NCBI GenBank assembly: GCA_019721075.1
Contig: JAHEAD010000002.1
Span: 90,949 to 154,948, forward strand
From: Candidatus Sysuiplasma jiujiangense
GTDB taxonomy: Archaea > Thermoplasmatota > Thermoplasmata > Sysuiplasmatales > Sysuiplasmataceae
Reading direction: 5' to 3'
DNA: 64,000 bases
Positions 20,701 to 29,797 of the stretch are shown piece after piece. Numbering within the stretch: position 1 is the stretch's first letter; the number at the start of each line of letters is the position of its first letter. Below the pieces are notes generated by a model. The model did not search any database and was not told where the DNA came from. It saw only the letters and a list, made by a program, of their open reading frames with translations. Made by a program: the position numbers and the translations under genes.

Positions 20701-20797
20701 AAACCGCTTTCCGGTCAGACCTGCAAAGGGGGAATGCGGCAACTGTAGTTTCATGACGATATGCAGAAACTGGAGGGGGCTTACTTCAGATGAATGA
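17777..20797 (+). CDS. AddB/RexB-like subunit: degenerate helicase + PD-(D/E)XK nuclease with Fe-S staple
   Basis: No Walker A; RRREIIQIARTI, LSPTDLNQYAKCPFRF, RGIIDRVD, LLDYK, CGNCSFMTIC. Confidence 0.88.
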   Translation: MKSIHILETDPEKYLLADYSDRGLQTGRSVYVFPDTIAISEARDLLLRHHDAIDSSLFMTLEGLASHVVREVTGEQPLLLTDDLKALLARYVFRGMKTAGTRLPEEYSDILVRDYETLRPLQTDRKEWIRTLLEGSEAEFDKGKFDFRISVLDEFSALIEERLKVLAENGIYDRTGLIRKATELLKSADSCRIGKVNFFFLHFADPAVLSFILGFAVTAEVRLVAGMDQAESSSPALSRFRSIEGVVVRKDEDGENIKGCRQPPEIEFFGAPDRRREIIQIARTIRRRISEGGCRESDFKILARNIDDYDSAARDILNEYGLAVERGRRRLLEDDPVFAGVENFFRCLEEDATKEDFLRIIPEADYRILLSDSRLSKSLERLPSMLRSWRRETFRRNGYDIDGCWSRTSELATVLSDLKLKSSTPHSVGEWVEVVEETANRITAANGSAESSRFIPELMSAAVSWSAVCNLTGLEKLTLGDFLTLFRSLGKSDTGEGRSERSGILLTDVGITYFRRAAGTFIVGANFEIFPRGAEQNSFLPVKILDCLERSGIETRRCTRVVDSAERWYYLKARGLTDRLTVSFISNPEVAGYGIPSPFIIEEIKKRGNDGDPISIAYDSNLPAGKYIQDPGEEILAPAEIGQMLAYRFGCSRRYAEEDFFAEMWKRACKVPFSEFSRRLSRFDSKYLEWNFSAASIAPLTSDRILSPTDLNQYAKCPFRFVLTRLMKLSAAYGDFEQIGIGRDVHAILKTFLKLPDRESIGDMDARMLKRAIEAAVDAYYSRQYTDDYLSEPVAITGTDRVKSALFLFLSRERELQKLTCSTIELTEHSFGTPGGIFRIGEFEFRGIIDRVDTVPLEDHGAILLDYKFTTPARLKSYFRTDADLPLDFEIPVYSIYLRDELGYKIRAALYYSILKSNGLPDRAGIVVQESAGKVFPDLPRRKTVQLRVMPERELDAEIEKFRRNIISLASEIRSNRFPVRPAKGECGNCSFMTICRNWRGLTSDE

Positions 20798-23700
20798 AAA
20801 CAGGCTCACCGAACTGCAGAGAAAGGCTGTGCGTGCAATACGCGAAAACAGAAAGGTCGTTGTAAACGCATGTGCCGGAAGCGGCAAGACCACTACACTC
20901 ATCGCAGCCTATATGATGAAACTTGAGGCCATCAGAACAATGCACCCCGATGAAAATCCGTACGGCAGGATGCTGGCGATAACTTTCACGAACGAAGCGG
21001 CAACAAAACTGAGGAAAGAGGTGTTTGAATCCTCCGGCTACGACATCAGGAGCTTAACCACCTCGAATATATCGACCATCCACTCCTTATGCAACTCCAT
21101 CCTCCATGAGAATGCTGCCGAAGCCGGAATGACTTCCGATTATCAGATAGTCGAAGAGAATCATATCAGGAACATGATGGAGCGGGCTCTGAATACTGTA
21201 GTGTTCGGACACATATCCTCAGACACGGAACTGCGGGAATTTTTGACGGCATACGGATTGCGTGACGGAAGCAACAGCGGTGGTTACGGTTTCAGGGAGA
21301 TGGTTTTTGAAGTCTACGGGTGGATGAGGGACCACGGTCTGGAACTGGGAGAGGGGCTTGCAGAGCTGGATAAAGGAAGGGATCTTTTCGAACAGCATCT
21401 CAGGACTAAATTCGGAGACAGCGACGGTCTGCATTCATACATCAGCATGCAGTGGAGGGCACGCGATGTCATCAGCAGATATGTATCCCTTTTCTGGCAT
21501 AAAATCGAGCAGCTGAAGAGGCAGGAAGGGAGCATAGGATACAGCGACATTGTCTATTACACCTACAGACTGCTCAGGGATTCTGACGCGATAAGGGCAG
21601 AATACAGAAAGAGATTTTACTGCGTCCTGGTGGATGAATTTCAGGATACCGACTTCCTTCAGTACAGCATAATCAATATGATTTCTGAAAAGGAAAAACA
21701 GTTTTTTGTCGGTGATCCGCAGCAGTCCATCTATGAATGGCGAAGCGCGGATCCGTCCATACTCACAACGGAGGAGAACACTGCCTATGCCGAAGATCAT
21801 GAGACTGAGATCGTCAGCCTGAATGAAAACTTCAGGAGCGGTACGAACATCATACGCTTTATCAATGCATTCTTTTCGAGTTTCCCTGTTTCAGGCGGCA
21901 GCAGGTACGCCGAAATGATTCCGTCAAGGAAAGACAGCAGGGGGAAAAATTCAGGTGGGGACGGCCTGGTGACCGTTCTTGTCCCGCGTGGAGATGGAAT
22001 GGACAATATCAGAAGGGAAGAGGCGGCAATGATTGCAGAGGAGATTGCGGGACTCGCATCATCCGCCGTCCGCCCATCACTGCCCGGAAATGCGCCGGCC
22101 GACGAAGTGGGAAGGGTGAGTTACTCGGACATATCAATTCTCTTCAGGAGCAGGAAAAGCATGGATCTGTACGAAGAGGCTCTGAGAGAGCGCAACATAC
22201 CGTACATACATTTCCACAGCAGGCAGTTTTTTGAAAAGCCCGAAATCAGGATAATGATGGATCTGGTAAGATTTGTTCAGCGCCCCCGGGATCCGGCGAA
22301 CCTGATAGCTGTCCTGCGCTCCCCTGTTTTCGATGTTGACGACGATGTACTGCTCCGGCTCAGCATGAACGGCTTCGAACCCGGGAGCGTGTTCGGAGAG
22401 GAAGAGCTGCAGAAATCACCGGGGCTGATGTATTTCCGGGAATTTCATGCCATTCTGAACAGCAGGGAAAATGCCGGAATTTCGGAACTGATGCATTTTG
22501 CGGTCGACAATTGCGGATACGGCCTGCTGGTGCTTTCCTCGGCCGGCGGCGTCCAGGCATATGCCAACGTGCTGAAATTCATGGACATGGTCCTGGAAGC
22601 AGAGAGGGAAATTCCCGACAGAAAGGGTGTAATCGACTTTCTCCTCTCGTTGGAGGAGGCAGGCGGCAGCGAAGAAGCACCACTGAACGACGACAGAAGC
22701 GACGCAGTCAGACTGATGACGGTCCATGCGTCCAAAGGGCTGGAATTCCCGGTGGTATTCATAGCGGATTCGATCCGCTCAAACAGCTCGAGATTCGGAG
22801 ACATGCTGATACACAAAATGTACGGCCTGGTATTCAGAGTCCGTGACGACGGTTTCAACCCCCTCCATGAACTGTCCGTAGACATAATGAGCGACGTGAA
22901 TGCGGCGGAGACTGAAAGGGTTGACAGCGAAGAGAGGAGAATACTGTATGTGGCGATGACAAGGGCCAGGGACAGACTCTATATTTCCATTCCGGAGGGC
23001 ACAGCAAGAAACGGAAGCTGGGCCACACTCGTCCTGGGATTCCTGAAGTCGCGGAATTTCACAATTCCCGCTGGTCATGATGCTGAGGTGAGACAGGGAG
23101 ATATCACACTGCGCGTGGTCAGGAGCCCGGAAAGGAGAGAGAGTATCCGGGAAACCAGAGGGTATAATCTCGCCGGCATGCCGATTCTGAATGAAAGTTC
23201 GCTGACGCTGGATATCGAACGCCTCAGGGAACAGGAATGGCTGCGCCTGACGCCGTCCGAAGTTGCAAACTTCCTCACCTGCCCCTACCGCATAGCACTT
23301 TCAGCCGGAAAGTCAGGAGGGAGCAGAGACAGCAAAGACAGTATGAAGGCGAAGGAGAGAGGGAGTATGATACACCTCTTTCTCGAACATTACGACTACA
23401 TTAAAGGTACAATGCCGGAATATCTGAAGAAGGTATCCGGCGATCTTTACGGAGAGGCGCTCAGAGTGTCTATGAAATTCATCGATTCCCGGCTCGGAGC
23501 ACTTGCCGGAAAGGCCGCAGCTGAAGGCAGATTGAGGAGAGAAGTGCAGTTCAGCTCCAGGTACGGCCGTTTCATACTGAACGGAAAGATAGACATGCTG
23601 GCGGAAACGGATGGACGGAGACTGATAATAGACTACAAGAGCGGAAATCTCGAAGGCGGCGAGGCGGAAAACAGATATCAGCTGATGATTTACGCATCCG

Positions 23701-23939
23701 CGGCTGCAAAGATTTACGGTCCCTGCGACATTGAACTGTTCAACTTTTATCTTGACAGGGAGAAGGAGGTTGAAAACTATACCGTTACCGGAGAAGATAT
23801 CAGAACGTTCGACGCATTCCTTGCGGAAGCGCTTAATTCATATGCGTCGCGTAATTTCGTTCCCAGACCGTCCGCTGCAAACTGCCTGCACTGCCGGGTT
23901 GCAGAATCCTGCACCTTCCGTTATGGCAGCACAGCCTGA
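20790..23939 (+). CDS. AddA-like UvrD helicase-nuclease
   Basis: AGSGKT, ITFTNEAA, VDEFQDT, VGDPQQSIYEWR, ENFRS, MTVHASKGLEF, EERRILYVAMTRA, GKID...IDYKSG, YQLMIY. Confidence 0.92.
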   Translation: MNENRLTELQRKAVRAIRENRKVVVNACAGSGKTTTLIAAYMMKLEAIRTMHPDENPYGRMLAITFTNEAATKLRKEVFESSGYDIRSLTTSNISTIHSLCNSILHENAAEAGMTSDYQIVEENHIRNMMERALNTVVFGHISSDTELREFLTAYGLRDGSNSGGYGFREMVFEVYGWMRDHGLELGEGLAELDKGRDLFEQHLRTKFGDSDGLHSYISMQWRARDVISRYVSLFWHKIEQLKRQEGSIGYSDIVYYTYRLLRDSDAIRAEYRKRFYCVLVDEFQDTDFLQYSIINMISEKEKQFFVGDPQQSIYEWRSADPSILTTEENTAYAEDHETEIVSLNENFRSGTNIIRFINAFFSSFPVSGGSRYAEMIPSRKDSRGKNSGGDGLVTVLVPRGDGMDNIRREEAAMIAEEIAGLASSAVRPSLPGNAPADEVGRVSYSDISILFRSRKSMDLYEEALRERNIPYIHFHSRQFFEKPEIRIMMDLVRFVQRPRDPANLIAVLRSPVFDVDDDVLLRLSMNGFEPGSVFGEEELQKSPGLMYFREFHAILNSRENAGISELMHFAVDNCGYGLLVLSSAGGVQAYANVLKFMDMVLEAEREIPDRKGVIDFLLSLEEAGGSEEAPLNDDRSDAVRLMTVHASKGLEFPVVFIADSIRSNSSRFGDMLIHKMYGLVFRVRDDGFNPLHELSVDIMSDVNAAETERVDSEERRILYVAMTRARDRLYISIPEGTARNGSWATLVLGFLKSRNFTIPAGHDAEVRQGDITLRVVRSPERRESIRETRGYNLAGMPILNESSLTLDIERLREQEWLRLTPSEVANFLTCPYRIALSAGKSGGSRDSKDSMKAKERGSMIHLFLEHYDYIKGTMPEYLKKVSGDLYGEALRVSMKFIDSRLGALAGKAAAEGRLRREVQFSSRYGRFILNGKIDMLAETDGRRLIIDYKSGNLEGGEAENRYQLMIYASAAAKIYGPCDIELFNFYLDREKEVENYTVTGEDIRTFDAFLAEALNSYASRNFVPRPSAANCLHCRVAESCTFRYGSTA

Positions 23940-23978
23940 CCTGGCAGGTCCCGGGTTCCTGTCTGGTCCAGCCTTGTT

Positions 23979-24044
23979 CTACCTGCTGATTGAAATAATA
24001 TCATCCCATAGCTACCTGCTGATTGAAATAATATCATCCCATAG
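23979..24044. repeat. Exact 33-bp tandem duplication in thiolase promoter region
   Basis: CTACCTGCTGATTGAAATAATATCATCCCATAG at 23979-24011 and 24012-24044. Confidence 0.95.
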
Positions 24045-24059
24045 ACCCGAGGGAATATC

Positions 24060-25190
24060 ATGCCGGCAATAGTTTCAGCGGGTTTTTCCAGATTTGGAAA
24101 GAGGGAAGACAGCATACTGAGCATCATTTCAGAGTCGGCGCTTCCGATTGTGAGGAAATACAGGGATGAGATAGATTTTGTCATATTGTCGAACTCCTAT
24201 TCGGGAGAATTCAACGGCGTGTCGGGGCTTAACAATCTGGCAACAACCTACCTTTCGATTGACGACACGCCATCAATGCGCGTAGACAATACTAGCGGCA
24301 GCGGAGGCGGCGCAATTCTTGCAGCATCATCGCTCATCAAATCGGGTGATGCAAAGAGGATTCTTGTCATCGGTGCGGAAAAGATGTCTGAAAAACCAAC
24401 GAGGGAGGTCACATCGATCATATCGTCACTTCTTGGCGAGAGGGAAAAGTCCTCGGGCATTTCGCTTCCCTCTCTTGCGGGGCTGATGACCAAGAGATAT
24501 ATGGAAAAATACGGTGCGAGCAGGGAATCGGTCGCAAAGGTCGCGGTCAAAAACCATGAAAACGGGGCAAGAAATCCATATGCGCATATACAGAAGAGGG
24601 TGACGCTCGAGGAGGTCCTGTCGTCGAGGACGATTGTGGACCCCCTGAAACTCTATGAAATCAGCCCCATAAGCGACGGTTCGTCCTCGCTGCTCATGGT
24701 GGACGACGCCGAGGCGGACAGCTATACCGACAGGCCGGTGTTCATCAGGGGCATGGGCATCGCCTCCGATTCCTCGTACATAACAGAGAGAGAGGAACTG
24801 ACCGAATTGAAGGCAGTGGAGAGGGCCGGGGAAATTGCGATGAGGGCCGCCGGAACGAGGGAATTCGACTTTGCAGAACTGCACGACATGGCGACAATAC
24901 TGGAGATTGTTCAGTCGGAGGCTCTGGGCTTCTTCGAAAAAGGTAAAGGATGGAAGGCGGTTACCGAAGGATTGACCGGGATTGACGGAGATTTCCCGAT
25001 AAACACAAGCGGCGGCCTCAATGCGAAAGGGCATCCGATAGGCGCGAGCGGCATAGCACAGGTAGGTGAGGCTTTTCTCCAGCTGAGGGGGGAGGCAGGC
25101 AAAAGGCAGGTTGACGGTGCAATGTGCGGCCTTACACTAAGCATGGCGGGCTTCGGCAATTCGGCCACGGTGACGGTTCTGGGGGTGTAG
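24060..25190 (+). CDS. Thiolase-superfamily protein (SCP-x type) lacking the N-terminal catalytic Cys
   Basis: GAEKM, NPYAH, SPISDG, ELHD, NTSGGLNAKGHPIGASG; VDNTSGSG replaces VEAACASG. Confidence 0.9.
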   Translation: MPAIVSAGFSRFGKREDSILSIISESALPIVRKYRDEIDFVILSNSYSGEFNGVSGLNNLATTYLSIDDTPSMRVDNTSGSGGGAILAASSLIKSGDAKRILVIGAEKMSEKPTREVTSIISSLLGEREKSSGISLPSLAGLMTKRYMEKYGASRESVAKVAVKNHENGARNPYAHIQKRVTLEEVLSSRTIVDPLKLYEISPISDGSSSLLMVDDAEADSYTDRPVFIRGMGIASDSSYITEREELTELKAVERAGEIAMRAAGTREFDFAELHDMATILEIVQSEALGFFEKGKGWKAVTEGLTGIDGDFPINTSGGLNAKGHPIGASGIAQVGEAFLQLRGEAGKRQVDGAMCGLTLSMAGFGNSATVTVLGV

Positions 25191-25192
25191 AC

Positions 25193-25417
25193 ATGAAAGT
25201 AAATGTATGCACAGGATGCGGCTATGAGTCGTTTGAGAAGAGGGCCGTCTGCCCGAAATGCCTTGGCGAAAAATTCGGCGAGCTGAACCGCAGCGACGAG
25301 GACGTTATTCCGCTGGTGGAAGCGGTCCTGTTTGTAACGCCCGCCGGCTTCGAGGAGAGCTATACGATCGAAATAGCAAAGGTCGGCGGCACCTTAGCAT
25401 TGCTCCGGCACGACTAA
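25193..25417 (+). CDS. DUF35-like Zn-ribbon/short OB-fold partner protein
   Basis: CTGCG...RAVCPKC, VTPAGFEESYTI; starts 2 nt after the thiolase stop. Confidence 0.8.
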   Translation: MKVNVCTGCGYESFEKRAVCPKCLGEKFGELNRSDEDVIPLVEAVLFVTPAGFEESYTIEIAKVGGTLALLRHD

Positions 25418-25472
25418 TTCCGATCTTCAGGCTGCTCACGCAGAAGGGGGATGACCATGCATCATGGGCGCA

Positions 25473-27146
25473 TCAGCTTCTGCGGGCGGCAATGTAAAGG
25501 AGGACGGCTTCCCGCCCCGCGATCATTGCGGAGCGGATATCATACTGGTTCCTCTCGCTGATCGATAAATCGGGCCGGCCTTGCAGGCTTTCGGCAAACG
25601 CCACTCCAAGCGACCGGGCCTTCCTTCTGTAGGCAGCATTTCTTACCCTGTCCAGACTGTTGAGGCTTCTTTCGGTAACAGTGACTTGAGCGCTTCCGGC
25701 GGTTGCCAGAATTTCGTCCTGATGTTTGTATATGCTGGAATCAATCATCAGGCTACGCTTCCTGGGCAGGTTTTCATATGTCCTGTTCGGGAGACAGTAC
25801 AGCCCCTCTCCGTTGAATTTCTCGTTCAGGCGGACATCCACCTTCGCTTCCGCAAGTGCCCTTTCATAATAGCGGACGAGGGCCGAGAAAGCCTCTTTCT
25901 TTTCTCTGTCGGTTATGTCGAGAAGCTGCCCGCCCAGTCTGTCCCGCATCTCATACAGCGTAACCTTTATTCCCGCGCGTGATGCAAACAGAGCGGCCTC
26001 CATTCCTTTTATGCCCCCGCCGGCAATGCTCATTGCCCTCACGCCTTCAGCGCAGGGCAGTGCGGCATAGAGCTCAAAACCTGTGTCGGGATTCACCGTG
26101 CATCTCACTTCGCCAAATGTGATGTCCCTGCAGGCCTGGTTGCACCTAATGCACGGCCTGTTGTTCCTCCCCTGGATCATGTTGATAGCGAAGAAGGGAT
26201 CTGCGAGCAGCGCCCTGCCAACTGCCACAAAGTCCGATTTCGCAAGGACCCTGAGCGCGTCGTCGCCGTCCAGCACTGATCCAGCAACAATGGAGGTTAC
26301 CGCCGGTTTACGCGGTAGCCTGTCTGAAATATGCGTTCTCTTCTCATAGAAGGAAGCGGACGAACCCGGAGGGGAAAACCTTCCGGCAGAGAAGTGAACG
26401 TAATCTGCGGAGTGCAGTGCTTCAGCTATCTTCAGCCCATAATCAGGTCCGTATCCGTCCGTTTCATCCTCATAGAGGCTCAGCCTTATCCCGAGGTTGA
26501 TGTCCACCTCGCTTCTGATTGCATCGATGACGGACTGCGCGAATTTCAGCCGCCCTTCAAAATTTCTGCCGTAGCTGTCGTTCCGGTGGTTGAGAGACGG
26601 TGACAGGAAGGAATGTATGAGATATCCATGGGCTCCATGCAACTCTATTCCGTCGAAGTTGGAGCTCTTTGCAACAGACGCGGCCCTGACAAAATCGCCG
26701 ATTACCTCGTCTATTTCCCCCTGATCCATTGAACCCGGGACAAGGCCCATATAATCGACACTGGAAGGCGCCCTGGGTGGCTCGGGATTTGTTTCCAGCT
26801 GTGCTTTGCCGCCGGCGTGAACAAGCTGAGCGAAAATGTATGCTTCATGTGAATGCACCCTCTCTGTCAGCCTTCTCAGCTTGGGAATAAAATCCGAATT
26901 GTGAAAACCGAGTTCGTTTCTCGATCCCCTTGCGTTCCTGCCGTTTATGTATGAATATTCGGTTATTATGAGAGATACGCCGCCCTTTGCTCTTGCCTCA
27001 AGGTACGCGATATGATTTTCGTTTGTCGAGCCGTCGGGATTGGCCAGATTGGAAATCATCGGTGCCATTACAATCCTGTTCCTGAGTTCCAGGCTGCCGA
27101 TTGTTCCCTTTTCTGAAAGCCTGTTTTTAGTCATTGAGCGGGTCAA
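25473..27146 (-). CDS. NADH:flavin oxidoreductase (OYE/2,4-dienoyl-CoA reductase-like) with Fe-S and FAD domains
   Basis: RNRIVMAPM, QLVHAG, ELHGAHGYL, PCIRCNQAC...CTVNP, AGGGIKGMEAA. Confidence 0.9.
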   Translation of the reverse strand: MTRSMTKNRLSEKGTIGSLELRNRIVMAPMISNLANPDGSTNENHIAYLEARAKGGVSLIITEYSYINGRNARGSRNELGFHNSDFIPKLRRLTERVHSHEAYIFAQLVHAGGKAQLETNPEPPRAPSSVDYMGLVPGSMDQGEIDEVIGDFVRAASVAKSSNFDGIELHGAHGYLIHSFLSPSLNHRNDSYGRNFEGRLKFAQSVIDAIRSEVDINLGIRLSLYEDETDGYGPDYGLKIAEALHSADYVHFSAGRFSPPGSSASFYEKRTHISDRLPRKPAVTSIVAGSVLDGDDALRVLAKSDFVAVGRALLADPFFAINMIQGRNNRPCIRCNQACRDITFGEVRCTVNPDTGFELYAALPCAEGVRAMSIAGGGIKGMEAALFASRAGIKVTLYEMRDRLGGQLLDITDREKKEAFSALVRYYERALAEAKVDVRLNEKFNGEGLYCLPNRTYENLPRKRSLMIDSSIYKHQDEILATAGSAQVTVTERSLNSLDRVRNAAYRRKARSLGVAFAESLQGRPDLSISERNQYDIRSAMIAGREAVLLYIAARRS

Positions 27147-27253
27147 TCTTGACGAAATATCTGAACTTTGTCAAAAGCAGTCTCGATGATGCAGGCGCAG
27201 CGCAGAGGAAGGCTGCGAAAATATTGCCTGACATACGGAGTTTCCGTTCAAAA

Positions 27254-28477
27254 TCAGGGCAGGAATATTACGCCTTTGGCCTGCAGCCTCTGTATTTCTG
27301 CCTGGCTGTATCCCATCTGTGAAAGAATGATGCCGCTCTGCTCCCCAAGAAGGGGCGGCGCGCTCCTGACCGTACCGGGCGTCCGGCTCATATTGAACGG
27401 CGAGCCTACCGTCTTTATTCTCCCGTAGGAGGAATGGGTTATTTCGGCAATCATTCCCCTTTCGGCGACCTGCTCATTTTCCAGCGCCTCGCTGACCGAA
27501 TTAATCCTTGCAGCCGGAACGCCTGCGGATTCGAGTCTGGAAAGCAGCTCGGCAGTGGTTCTGGATGAAAAGACGGCCTCTATTCTCTTCAGCATGTACT
27601 GGCGGTTTCTTACGCGCTCGGAGTTGGATTTCAGCAGTGCATCTTCAGCCAGTTCAGGCGATCCTATCGCGCTGCAGAATGAGGCCCACAGCTTCTCGCT
27701 TCCCACGGCGATTGCTAGATAGCCGTCTGAAGTACTGAAAACCTGATAGGGCGCAATGCTTGAATGTGCCGACCCGAGTCTTTCCGGATTCCTGCCGGTG
27801 GCGAAATAGGCAGCTGCCTGATGGGTCAGCGTAAGAAGGTTGCAGTCCAGCATAGACATGTCGATGTACTGCCCTTCCCCCGTGCGCCCTCTGTGGAAGA
27901 GGGCGGATAGAATGGCTGTGGAAGCAAAGAGGCCTGATGTTATATCGGTTATGGGAACGCCGAACTTGACCGGCGCCCCCTCAGGTTCGCCTGTCAGGCT
28001 CATGAGTCCGCTGGAGGCAAGGATTGTGAGATCAAATCCGGGCCTGGAGCTGTAAGGCCCGGTCCTGCCGTATCCAGAGATGCTGCAATACACAATGTCA
28101 TCGTTTATTGCCTTCGCGGATTCATAGTCTATAGACAGCCGCTCGGCCACGCCGGGCCTGAAATTCTCCACTATAACGTCCGAATCGCTGATGAGCCTTC
28201 CGACAATGTCCCGCGCCTCCGCTTTTCTGAGATCAATGGCAATGCTCCTCTTGTTTCTGTTCACGCTGATAAAGTAGGAAGAAACACCTTTGACTTCAGG
28301 CGGACGCCATGCCCTGGTTTCGTCGCCTTTTTCCGATTCGACCTTGATCACGTCAGCACCAAGATCCCCGAGGATCATGGTGCAGAATGGCCCCGACATG
28401 GCCCTGCTGAAATCCAGGACTGTGATGCCGCTGAGCGGGCCTTCAGTTTTTTGGCCTGAGCCCGAATTGCTCTTCAT
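27254..28477 (-). CDS. Family III CoA-transferase (CaiB/BaiF)
   Basis: GPFCTMILGDLGADVIKVE, NRNKRS, ENFRPG, SGYGRTGPY...GFD, DMSMLD, PPLLGEQ. Confidence 0.93.
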   Translation of the reverse strand: MKSNSGSGQKTEGPLSGITVLDFSRAMSGPFCTMILGDLGADVIKVESEKGDETRAWRPPEVKGVSSYFISVNRNKRSIAIDLRKAEARDIVGRLISDSDVIVENFRPGVAERLSIDYESAKAINDDIVYCSISGYGRTGPYSSRPGFDLTILASSGLMSLTGEPEGAPVKFGVPITDITSGLFASTAILSALFHRGRTGEGQYIDMSMLDCNLLTLTHQAAAYFATGRNPERLGSAHSSIAPYQVFSTSDGYLAIAVGSEKLWASFCSAIGSPELAEDALLKSNSERVRNRQYMLKRIEAVFSSRTTAELLSRLESAGVPAARINSVSEALENEQVAERGMIAEITHSSYGRIKTVGSPFNMSRTPGTVRSAPPLLGEQSGIILSQMGYSQAEIQRLQAKGVIFLP

Positions 28478-28638
28478 CGTCAGTTCGATACCGTCCTTGG
28501 TTCATAATCCTTTTTCAGCTGTAATTGGGAAAGACCAGGAATTAAGCGCGAAACGGCAGGATGGAGAATAAACTTCTCCGTCATTCGATTACAAAGGTTA
28601 ATTCATCGCAATTGCATATAATGATGCGCCGATTGGAG

Positions 28639-29550
28639 ATGAACAAACTTTCCGCCTCAAGACTTTCAGCAGTCAGCAACGGCGCACTTTCGGCAGCCAA
28701 GATTATAATCGGCCTTATCACCGGCTCCGTGGCGGTCCTCAGTGACGGAATACATTCGTTTACTGATGTAACGGCGTCTGTTTCCACAGCAGTCTCCGTG
28801 AAGAAGGCATCCATGCCTGCAGACACCATACATAAATTCGGACATGGAAAATTCGAAAATGTCTCCGGCGTTTTCGAATCGATCCTTCTGATTGCTACCA
28901 GCGTGATCATCGTCGCAGAGGCGTTCGACAGGGTGGTTGCGGGTGAGCACATAGTTTTCCTCGGCATAGCAATCATCACCATGATAATTTCAGCTGCCGT
29001 GGACTTTGCCGTATCCATTCCTGTCCGCAGGGCTTCCAGGAGAGAGGAGTCGATTGCCTTGAAAGTTGACAACGCCCATCTTACGACAGACGGCCTGGCA
29101 TCCGTCGGGGTCGTCCTTGCACTGATTGCTGTGTATCTGACAGGCAACGTGCTTTTCGACATAATCGTCGCATTCATAATAGCGGCAGTAATGTCTTATT
29201 CCGGCATTTCCCTGCTGCTGGAATCGGGTGGTCCTCTGGTCGACGTGAAGATATCTGATGCGGACGAACAGACCGTCATCGGCATACTCTCCGAACACAA
29301 AGAAATCTGCAGATTCCATTCACTGAGGACGAGAAAGTCAGGAAATATCAGGTTCATCGATTTGCATCTCACTTTCAAGCCGAATACCACCGTTTACGAG
29401 GCTCACAGTGTCGTAGATGCAATTGAAACCAGGCTGAGAGAGCGGATACCAAACTGCAGCGCCCTGATACACATTGAGCCTGAAGGGGTTGAATGTGCTG
29501 ACAGCATAGGCGATGACACGCTGAATCGCCGTAAAGGTCCCAACAGCTGA
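28639..29550 (+). CDS. Cation diffusion facilitator (FieF-like); start uncertain
   Basis: SDGIHSFTD, HKFGHGKFE, HLTTD, RTRKSG, IDLH, AHSV, IHIEP. Confidence 0.92.
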   Translation: MNKLSASRLSAVSNGALSAAKIIIGLITGSVAVLSDGIHSFTDVTASVSTAVSVKKASMPADTIHKFGHGKFENVSGVFESILLIATSVIIVAEAFDRVVAGEHIVFLGIAIITMIISAAVDFAVSIPVRRASRREESIALKVDNAHLTTDGLASVGVVLALIAVYLTGNVLFDIIVAFIIAAVMSYSGISLLLESGGPLVDVKISDADEQTVIGILSEHKEICRFHSLRTRKSGNIRFIDLHLTFKPNTTVYEAHSVVDAIETRLRERIPNCSALIHIEPEGVECADSIGDDTLNRRKGPNS

Positions 29551-29797
29551 TCAACGATTCATGGCGTATGACAGGTATGAATTCAGCCTGATTCCTGTCA
29601 GGATGCACCACCATTCAGGCCGATAAATCGCAGAGAGGGCAGAAAGACTCATGGCTGACGCGAAGCATCGATCCGAAAGTTGGAATTTTCTCATCTATCT
29701 CCGTCGACATTATTGCCCGGCATCCCTGCCATTCCTCAGGTTTGAGGGCAAGAAAATGTCAATACCCTTTATATTCGACAATTGCGCTGCTGCTTCT

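Noticed and set aside
19880..20797. Cas4 gene
   Set aside because: The Cas4-like Fe-S nuclease is the C-terminal domain of a 1006-aa AddB-like protein paired with a UvrD helicase
23979..24044. CRISPR array
   Set aside because: Only two directly adjacent copies, no spacer and no cas genes
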